Shown here in pieces: positions 1-6,089 of a stretch of 6,107 bases of DNA (position 1 is its first letter; every line of letters starts with the position of its first letter). The notes beneath the pieces are model-generated. The model made no database searches, had not been told where the DNA came from, and saw only the letters and a program-made list of their open reading frames with translations. The DNA is taken from NCBI GenBank assembly GCA_028693335.1, contig JAQUVR010000040.1:1-6107 (forward strand), written 5' to 3'. The position numbers and the translations under genes were made by a program. This DNA is from Candidatus Iainarchaeum sp. GTDB lineage: Archaea; Iainarchaeota; Iainarchaeia; Iainarchaeales; CSSED10-239.

Positions 1-587
1 ATGATGAAATTCATGTTTACAGCTATAAAAATAGAGATTATCTTTTTTTGATTGGCCCAGTTCAACCAAGTCTTGCAAGTAGTAACAACAGTAATCAACA
101 TTATGAATTTGCCGAAAGTATTGCTGCTTTTGCAAAAAAAATAGGAGTAAAAGAGATTTATACATTTGCTGGATTAAATATTGGAGAAAAAAGATTAAAT
201 CAAAAACCAAGAGTTCTTGCTGTAACTAGTGATGAAAAAACTAAAAAAAACTTGCAAAAATTAAAAAATAAAGATTTAATATTTGATTCAAGTGCAACAG
301 ATACATTAATTTCTGGTGTTGCTGGTTTATTAGTTGGTGTTGCATATCACGAATACAAGATATCTGGTTGTTGTTTTATGGGCGAGACAGATCAAAAATT
401 AATTTTTGGTGATCAAGGTTCTGCAAAAAGCGTTTTGTCTGTTATTTGCAATTTCTTTTCTTTTAAGATTGATACTAAAAAAATAGATAAAGAAGCAAAA
501 AAAATAGAAGAATCTTTTACAGAAATAACCTCTAAGATCAAAGAACTTGAAAAGAAAAAAGATGTTCCAGTAAGTTATATAAGATAA
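1..587 (+). CDS. PAC2-family (proteasome assembly chaperone-like, archaeal PbaA/PbaB-type, COG1938) protein; 5'-partial, N-terminus lies upstream of the window
   Basis: The frame beginning at position 3 is open from the window edge (DEIHVYSYKNRDYLFL-IGPVQPS...). The track start at 48 is therefore an internal TTG (Leu), not a real start. The layout matches PAC2/DUF75 proteins as I recall them: hydrophobic strand, then G-x-xQP, then a helix (EFAESIAAFAKKIGVKEIYTFAGL), then a later GVAGLLVG segment, then a charged C-terminal helix. Stop is TAA at 585-587. The family call is from pattern recognition only. Confidence 0.65.
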   Translation, partial: DEIHVYSYKNRDYLFLIGPVQPSLASSNNSNQHYEFAESIAAFAKKIGVKEIYTFAGLNIGEKRLNQKPRVLAVTSDEKTKKNLQKLKNKDLIFDSSATDTLISGVAGLLVGVAYHEYKISGCCFMGETDQKLIFGDQGSAKSVLSVICNFFSFKIDTKKIDKEAKKIEESFTEITSKIKELEKKKDVPVSYIR

Positions 588-590
588 TTT

Positions 591-1427
591 ATGAAACCAA
601 TATTTAAAAAAATCCCAAGTTTATTTAAAAGCAAAAAAATGGTTTTAGCTCCAAAGATAACTGGCGAATTTACTAGAACAGATGTTAGAAGAGTGTCATT
701 AAGATTAGATAAAGATAATAAACCTATTCATCTTGGTGGTGGGTTTCATGATGTTTATTTAGGGAATCTAATTTTCAATAATGGTTCAAGAAAAAGAGTA
801 ACTATTAAAAGATTTAATAAAGGTATCGAATTATTAAAAATTGATGATGCTACCGCAAGAAAATATCAAAAAGTAATTAATGCATTAAGACAAATTGAGT
901 TAGAACATGATGCCACTTTTGTAAAACGAAAATTAGGCAAAGCTAAGATGTTGCCTAAAATGGGAATGATTAAAGCTGATTTTGGTAATGGTCCAGAATG
1001 GGTGTTAGTCTCACAAGCATTTGTAACTGGAAATAAATCAAAATTTGAAAATGCAACAGTAAGATATAATGCCAATCCATCAGAATTTACTTGGTTATTA
1101 TTAAGACTTGGAGAAAAAGGTTTCATAAATTCTAAACAAATTTCAATGGTTACTGATGTTTTTGCTCATCATCGAGAAAGTAGTTTTATTCCAATGGATA
1201 TTGATTTTGCAACAGTAATTGATGTTAGCCACAGAAAAACAAAACCAGAAGTGGCTCATGACATTTTATCTGGTTTAAAAGAACACATTAATTTAACTGC
1301 AAAATCAGATTCTAAAATAAAAAATAATGAATATATTAAACTTTTTAATGAATTATTAAAACACAAAATGCATCCTGAATTAAAAGAACTATTATTAGAA
1401 AATAAAGAAAAATATTTAATTGAATAA
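591..1427 (+). CDS. Hypothetical protein (278 aa) with no confident family. It has protein-kinase-like (RIO/Bud32-like) motif spacing and a non-canonical catalytic loop, and lies immediately upstream of herA
   Basis: Long uninterrupted ORF with the same composition as its neighbours. ATG lies 3 nt after the PAC2 stop, and the stop TAA (1425-1427) lies 16 nt before the herA ATG. Motifs: Gly-rich LGGGFHDVYLG (732-764); RVTIKRF with Lys73 (807-809) 24 residues after the first Gly; hinge-like EWVLVSQAF; TDVFAHH (1152-1172); IPMDIDFA (1191-1211). An alternative start at Met17 (639) cannot be excluded. Confidence 0.8.
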   Translation: MKPIFKKIPSLFKSKKMVLAPKITGEFTRTDVRRVSLRLDKDNKPIHLGGGFHDVYLGNLIFNNGSRKRVTIKRFNKGIELLKIDDATARKYQKVINALRQIELEHDATFVKRKLGKAKMLPKMGMIKADFGNGPEWVLVSQAFVTGNKSKFENATVRYNANPSEFTWLLLRLGEKGFINSKQISMVTDVFAHHRESSFIPMDIDFATVIDVSHRKTKPEVAHDILSGLKEHINLTAKSDSKIKNNEYIKLFNELLKHKMHPELKELLLENKEKYLIE

Positions 1428-1443
1428 TTTTTTGAGTGTAAAT

Positions 1444-2973
1444 ATGTTACAAGAACAAGGAATCGTAATATCAACAATAGATAGTCCATCAACAACAAAG
1501 ATCTCTTTTGTTTGTACAGGTAAAAATGTACATAAGGGAGAATATGTTCAAATTAATTATTCTCAAGGTGCTTTAATTGGACTAGTTAATGATGTTATAA
1601 AAAGAAATAGATATTTTGAAAATTCTGATTCCGTAAAAGAATTTGAAAATACAAATATAGATATTTCAAAATATTTTCCTAGTGATTCTTGGGAATTTTT
1701 AGAGGCTATTGTAAAACCACTAGGTGTTTTAAGTAAAGATAATTTTTTTGCAAGATCTACTTTGCCAGTCTCTCCTGGAGAAAAAGTATATCTTGCAGAT
1801 ACTGAAATTCTAAGTAAATTTTTGCATCTAGATTCTAATGGTTTGTTACTTGGAGAAATTGAACATCCAAAACTAGAAGTTAAATTTAATTTAGATAGAT
1901 TATTACAAAAACATTTTGCAATACTTGCACAATCTGGTGCTGGTAAAAGTTATTTAACATCTGTAATTTTAGAAGAGTTGCTTGATAGAAAAAAAGAACA
2001 AGGCAGAATTGCAACAATTTTAATAGACACACATGGCGAATATTCAGCATTTTCTAATATTTGCGAAAATAAAGATCATAAAGATTATTCTAATAAATCC
2101 TTAAGAATAGAATCTGGAGATATAAGAATAGGGTGTACTGGATTATCCGCTGGTTTTTTCTTTTCTTTATTACCAGAGCTATCCCCTGCACAAAAAAGAG
2201 AATTATCTTTAGTTATTAAAAAATTAGATTTGGATAAAAAAAATGGTGCTGGCCCTTATTCTTTAAAAGAAATGATTAAAGAATTAGAATTATCTGAAAA
2301 AAAAGATCAAACAAATAGGACATTGATAAATTATTTGATGGAGCTTGATGATTATAGATTATTTGGAAAGATTGATACTCCATCAATAATGGATGCTATT
2401 GATTCTGGCAAATTAACTATTATTGATTTGTCAAGAGAAATAAATAAAAAAAAGAAACAAATTATTTTGTATTATTTTGCACACAAATTATTTTATGGGC
2501 GAATAAATAATTCTGTCCCGCCTTTTTTATTAATTGTAGAAGAAGCACATCAATTTGCACCAGAAATGGCAAGTAAAGAACACGCTTTAGCAAAAGGAAT
2601 TTTGGAAACTATCGCTAGAGAAGGTAGAAAATTTGGAGCAAGTATTTGTTTAATTTCTCAAAGACCAGTAAAATTATCAACAACTATTCTTTCACAAGCA
2701 AACACACACATAATTTTAAGAATAACAAATCCTTATGATCTAAAACATATTGGAGAATCAAGTGAGGGATTAGATCAAAAATCAATAGACATGATTAGTT
2801 CTCTTAGAGTCGGTGAAGCATTGATTGTTGGAGAAGCCAGTTCTTATCCAGTTTTTTTTAAAGTTCGAAAAAAGAAATCTCAAGACTCCCATTTAGAAGT
2901 AAATCTTTCTGGACTTTGTAGATCTTTTGAAGAATCAAAAGAAATTTTAAAAAAAGACTTGGATTCTTTTTAA
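1444..2973 (+). CDS. herA: HerA-type bipolar DNA helicase/translocase (HAS-barrel plus FtsK/HerA-superfamily P-loop ATPase, COG0433/DUF87)
   Basis: N-terminal HAS-barrel-like GIVISTIDSP..ISFVC....GEYVQI....LIGLVNDV. Walker A is AQSGAGKS (1927-1950). Walker B is FLLIVEEAH (about 2524-2550). IAREGRKFG (2611-2637) is followed by CLISQRP and HIILRITNP. The C-terminal SSLRVGEALIVGE closely parallels crenarchaeal HerA as I remember it. I prefer ATG 1444 over the track's TTG 1420: it is preceded by GAGTG (weakly SD-like) about 5 nt upstream, and the TTG would overlap the upstream stop. Stop is TAA at 2971-2973. Confidence 0.9.
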   Translation: MLQEQGIVISTIDSPSTTKISFVCTGKNVHKGEYVQINYSQGALIGLVNDVIKRNRYFENSDSVKEFENTNIDISKYFPSDSWEFLEAIVKPLGVLSKDNFFARSTLPVSPGEKVYLADTEILSKFLHLDSNGLLLGEIEHPKLEVKFNLDRLLQKHFAILAQSGAGKSYLTSVILEELLDRKKEQGRIATILIDTHGEYSAFSNICENKDHKDYSNKSLRIESGDIRIGCTGLSAGFFFSLLPELSPAQKRELSLVIKKLDLDKKNGAGPYSLKEMIKELELSEKKDQTNRTLINYLMELDDYRLFGKIDTPSIMDAIDSGKLTIIDLSREINKKKKQIILYYFAHKLFYGRINNSVPPFLLIVEEAHQFAPEMASKEHALAKGILETIAREGRKFGASICLISQRPVKLSTTILSQANTHIILRITNPYDLKHIGESSEGLDQKSIDMISSLRVGEALIVGEASSYPVFFKVRKKKSQDSHLEVNLSGLCRSFEESKEILKKDLDSF

Positions 2974-2980
2974 TCTATCT

Positions 2981-3009
2981 ATTTTTAATTTCTTCTATTT
3001 TATAAAAAT
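2981..3009 (+). promoter_or_regulatory. AT-rich spacer with TATA-like elements (ATTTTTAATT at 2981-2990; TTTATAAAAA at 2998-3007) upstream of the PRTase-like gene
   Basis: This is the only non-coding DNA (40 nt) between the herA stop and ATG 3014. The element at 2981-2990 is spaced about right for a near-leaderless transcript starting around 3011-3014. The T5 run at 2982-2986 could also help terminate herA. None of this is distinguishable from background AT-richness without transcript mapping. Confidence 0.2.
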
Positions 3010-3013
3010 ATAT

Positions 3014-3469
3014 ATGTATTCAATGTCATGGAACGAATTTGAATCTTTATCACTAGAAGTTGCAAAAATTATCAAACAATCAAAAAATAATTATGATTTA
3101 CTTATTTGTGTAAGTCGTGGTGGTTTGTTATTAGGCAAGATTTTGTCAGAAGTCTTAGATACTCCTCTTGCAATAATTTCTGCAAAATATGTTAATGACA
3201 CCTATCTTGTTGATGATAAAATTTCTTCAACTGTTCCAATTAAGGGAAAAATTCTTTTAATTGATGATGTTTTAGAAGAAAATTCTTTAAAAATAATTGA
3301 CGTTATAAAAAAGAATAAATCTGTTTTATGTGTAGATCTAGCTAGTGTTTTTTACAGAGCAAAAAATAAAAAATTCAAACCAAATTTTTTCATTAATGAG
3401 ATAAAGGACAACATTTGGGTCTCTTTTCCATACCAATCAAAACATTTAAAAGAAGAATTTACTGAATAA
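3014..3469 (+). CDS. Type I phosphoribosyltransferase-fold protein, xanthine-guanine PRTase (Gpt/COG2236)-like, with a degenerate PRPP-binding loop
   Basis: It aligns by eye along its whole length to E. coli Gpt as recalled. SWNEF...[20 protein letters not shown] matches TWDML...[34 protein letters not shown] matches [24 protein letters not shown] matches DTWIEQPWD. The start could instead be ATG 3023 (MSWNEF). Stop is TAA at 3467-3469. Confidence 0.75.
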   Translation: [151 protein letters not shown]

Positions 3470-3534
3470 TATATACATATACTTAAATTTTTTAAAGATA
3501 ATTAATATGATTACAAAAATAAAAAACTCATAAT

Positions 3535-3552
3535 CTTTTTTTATAAAAAAAG
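3535..3552. promoter_or_regulatory. 18-nt perfect palindrome CTTTTTTTATAAAAAAAG with a TATA-box-like core (TTTATAAA). Candidate promoter element for aRF1-truD and/or an oligo-T termination signal for the upstream PRTase gene
   Basis: The sequence reads identically on both strands. Its centre is about 51 nt upstream of ATG 3595. With the usual archaeal spacing (TATA centred about 26 nt upstream of the start site) this predicts a transcription start near 3570 and a leader of about 25 nt. The T7 run (3536-3542) is also the kind of oligo-T tract used as an archaeal terminator. In DNA this AT-rich, chance occurrence is a real alternative. Confidence 0.3.
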
Positions 3553-3594
3553 TTTTTGTAATCTATACTTTTAAATTTATGGAAATTGGATTTT

Positions 3595-4815
3595 ATGGAT
3601 ACTACAGATGTTTTATTACTTAAAAAAAAATTAAAAGAAATTAAAAAATATAAAGGCGATGGAACTCAATTAATTAGTTTATATCTGCCACCTAATGCTG
3701 ATAGAAGTGCAGTAACTAAGCAATTAACAGATGAAATAAGTCAATCAGCAAATATAAAAAGTCAACAAACCAGAAAAAATGTTCAAGCTGCATTAAGAAG
3801 ATTAACTAATTATTTAAGACAAATTGATTTTAAATTGCCAATAAATGGTGTTGTTTTATTTTCAGGAAATGTTTCTGAAAATCCAGCAAAAAATGATGTT
3901 GTTTTGTTAGCAGTATCTCCTCCAAAGCCATTAGCTACTAAATTATATTGGTGTGATTCTGAATTTCACACTGGTCCATTAGAAGATATGGCCCAAACAG
4001 ATGAAATTTATGCAATGATTGTAATTGATAAAAGAGAAGCAACAGTTGCAATTATAAGAGGAAAATCACATGAAATTGTAGCACATGAAACAAGTGGAGT
4101 TCCTGGAAAAAGTAGAGCTGGTGGACAATCTGCTGCTCGTTTTGAAAGATTAAGAGAGAAGGCTGCTGAGTCTTTTTATAAAAGGGTTGGAGAAAGAGTT
4201 AATGCCATATTGTTAGAAGAACCAAAGCTTAAGGGGTTAATAATTGGTGGTCCAGGACTTACAAAAAACGAATTTATAGAAATTGGCGATCTTGACCACA
4301 GATTAAAACAATTAGTTATGGGGACTGTTGACACATGTTATACAGATGAATCAGGAATAAAGGAAGCACTTGACAAATCTGGAGAAATATTAAAAGATGC
4401 AAGCATTATTAAAGAAAGAAAACTATTAGAAAAATTTATAGAATTGGTATCAAAGAATGCTGAAGCAACTTATGGACTAAAAGAAGTTTTAGATTCTATT
4501 AATATGGGTAAGGCTGATATTGTTTTATTATCTGAAGGACTGGAATGGTCTGTTATTAAATATCAATGTCAAAAATGTAACCAATTTACTCCAAAAATAA
4601 TAAAAGACAATTTAAAAAAACCAGATGGAATAATTCCATGTCAATATTGTGAAAGTGATTCTGAAGAATTTGAAACTGTTGATCTTTATGATTATTTATC
4701 AGAAGTTTCTGATCTAATGGGAACAAAGGTAACATTAATTTCTGTAGAAAGTCCTGAGGGTGCACAGTTTTTGAATGTGTTTGGTGGAATTGCTGCTTTA
4801 TTGAGATATAAATAA
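3595..4815 (+). CDS. prf1: Peptide chain release factor subunit 1 (aRF1)
   Basis: NIKS motif at 3751-3762. YxCxxxF motif is present (LYWCDSEFH). GGQ at 4120-4128 sits in SRAGGQSAARFERLR. The three-domain length (about 406 aa) is typical. The track start at 3586 is TTG, and the in-frame ATG at 3595 (MDTTDVLLLKK) is preferred. Stop is TAA at 4813-4815. Confidence 0.95.
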   Translation: MDTTDVLLLKKKLKEIKKYKGDGTQLISLYLPPNADRSAVTKQLTDEISQSANIKSQQTRKNVQAALRRLTNYLRQIDFKLPINGVVLFSGNVSENPAKNDVVLLAVSPPKPLATKLYWCDSEFHTGPLEDMAQTDEIYAMIVIDKREATVAIIRGKSHEIVAHETSGVPGKSRAGGQSAARFERLREKAAESFYKRVGERVNAILLEEPKLKGLIIGGPGLTKNEFIEIGDLDHRLKQLVMGTVDTCYTDESGIKEALDKSGEILKDASIIKERKLLEKFIELVSKNAEATYGLKEVLDSINMGKADIVLLSEGLEWSVIKYQCQKCNQFTPKIIKDNLKKPDGIIPCQYCESDSEEFETVDLYDYLSEVSDLMGTKVTLISVESPEGAQFLNVFGGIAALLRYK

Positions 4816-4823
4816 GAATAATT

Positions 4824-6089
4824 ATGGAATTTAAATACTTAACAACAACTCCTCCAATTGGTGGGCGAATAAAGCAGATTTGTGATGATTTTTTGGTTGA
4901 AGAAATTGGAAAAGATTATAATACAAAAATAATTTATCTTCCTGATAAAAGAGTAGAAGTTGATTGGAATCAAGTTTATGAAAATAAAAAAGATCTTAAA
5001 TATCTTTTAGTTGATATGGAAAAATATAACATGTCAACAACTTCTGCAATAAATGATGTTTCTAGATATTTGAGAATCAGTAAAAAAAAAATAGGTTATG
5101 CTGGTCTAAAAGATAAACGAGCAATTACTTGTCAAAAAATATCTATTTCTGATCCACCAAAGGAAAGAATTGAAAAATTTTATTATAAAAATGTGAAGAT
5201 CTATAATCCAATTTGGTCAAATAAAGAAATAACTATTGGAGATTTAGAAAAAAATAAATTTACAATGACTGTAAGAAACATAAAAGATAAAACAAAAGAA
5301 GATTTAGAAAAATTATTTTTAAAATTTAAAGAAGAAATAGAGACTTACGGAATAATAAATTATTTTGGAGAACAAAGATTTGGTGGAGTTAGATCTATAA
5401 CTGACAAGGTTGGAAAACTTTTGTTAAAAAGACAATATAAAGAAGCAGTGTTATTATATTTAACAGAAACAAGCCCATTAGAAAAAGAAGAAATAAAAAA
5501 TGCAAGATTAGAGCTTAAAGAAAATATGGATTTTGGAAAAAGTGCTGCAAATTTTCCAGTAAAAGACGGTTATGAAAGACAAATGTTAAATCATCTTGCA
5601 AAATATCCAACAGATTTTTTAGGTGCAATAAAGGTTTTACCAATAAGTATTCAATATCTTTTTATTCACGCATATCAAGCATATCTTTTTAATGAATTAT
5701 TAAATGAGAGGATAAATCGTGGTTTTACTTTAAATAAAATTGATGATGATAAAATAAATAATAATGGAGAAGTTGTATATCCATTATTTGGTTACGAATC
5801 TAGTTTTTCAAGCGGAGTTTTGGGTGAAATTCAAAGAGATTTATTTGAAAAAGAGAATATTAATATTAGTGAGTTCTTTAATAAAGATCATTCTGTTTTA
5901 TCAAGCAAGGGTGAGTTTAGAGAAATAAAAGTTTTTGCATATGATCTTTCTTTAATTAATATTGAAGAAGATGATCTTAATTTAGATTCATTAAAACTAA
6001 CTTTTTCATTTGTTTTAGATAAAGGTAATTATGCCACAAATATTGCAAGAGAACTAATAAAACCAAAAGAGATGCATGGTTGGTATTAG
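4824..6089 (+). CDS. truD: tRNA pseudouridine synthase D (TruD/Pus7 family, archaeal type; predicted tRNA Psi13 synthase)
   Basis: N-terminal GGRIKQICDDFLVEEI signature. IGYAGLKDKRAIT contains the catalytic Asp codon at 5112-5114. NYFGEQRFG lies at 5358-5384. ATG is 8 nt after the aRF1 stop. Stop is TAG at 6087-6089. Confidence 0.92.
   Translation: MEFKYLTTTPPIGGRIKQICDDFLVEEIGKDYNTKIIYLPDKRVEVDWNQVYENKKDLKYLLVDMEKYNMSTTSAINDVSRYLRISKKKIGYAGLKDKRAITCQKISISDPPKERIEKFYYKNVKIYNPIWSNKEITIGDLEKNKFTMTVRNIKDKTKEDLEKLFLKFKEEIETYGIINYFGEQRFGGVRSITDKVGKLLLKRQYKEAVLLYLTETSPLEKEEIKNARLELKENMDFGKSAANFPVKDGYERQMLNHLAKYPTDFLGAIKVLPISIQYLFIHAYQAYLFNELLNERINRGFTLNKIDDDKINNNGEVVYPLFGYESSFSSGVLGEIQRDLFEKENINISEFFNKDHSVLSSKGEFREIKVFAYDLSLINIEEDDLNLDSLKLTFSFVLDKGNYATNIARELIKPKEMHGWY

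Noticed and set aside
48-50. ORF-track starts at TTG 48, TTG 1420 and TTG 3586
   Set aside because: Position 48 is internal to a CDS that is open to the window edge. Positions 1420 and 3586 each have an in-frame ATG 8 and 3 codons downstream, and TTG 1420 would overlap the upstream stop. I treat them as artefacts of permissive start calling, although TTG initiation cannot be strictly excluded.
1-51. ATG-ATG-initiated mini-ORF in frame 1 at the window edge (MMKFMFTAIKIEIIFF-stop)
   Set aside because: It is only 16 codons long and overlaps the open frame 3, which continues seamlessly into the PAC2-like protein with family-typical sequence. It is a chance ORF.
866-1126. 86-aa ORF on the minus strand, lying inside the orphan gene
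   Set aside because: It is entirely antisense to a longer + strand ORF that has coherent composition. The product is low-complexity, has no recognisable motifs and no upstream signals. This is the typical shadow ORF of AT-rich coding DNA.
591-1427. Possibility that the orphan protein is simply a diverged NurA
   Set aside because: I could not find the N-terminal hydrophobic-DGS motif or the ordered acidic and His catalytic residues of the NurA domain, and 278 aa is short for NurA. I have not fully excluded this. Only profile or structure comparison can settle it, so it is listed as a refutation condition in the findings.
1256-1498. 80-aa hydrophobic ORF on the minus strand spanning the orphan-gene/herA junction
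   Set aside because: It is antisense to two well-supported + strand genes. Its Leu/Phe/Ser-rich, membrane-like look is what antisense reading of Lys/Glu/Asn-rich codons produces. There is no independent support for it.
3579-3623. 14-codon upstream ORF (MEIGFYGYYRCFIT) overlapping the aRF1 start in another frame
   Set aside because: It is short, has no conservation evidence, and is expected by chance. It is not reportable without ribosome profiling or comparative data.
5082-5091. Long homopolymer A runs inside essential genes as possible slippage or phase-variation sites: A10 in truD, A9 at 3622-3630 in aRF1, and A8 runs in herA near 2234 and 2444
   Set aside because: Each run encodes consecutive Lys (AAA) codons in Lys-rich proteins of a very AT-rich genome. 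All frames are intact, and there is no alternative-frame ORF continuing past any of them. They are a compositional by-product.
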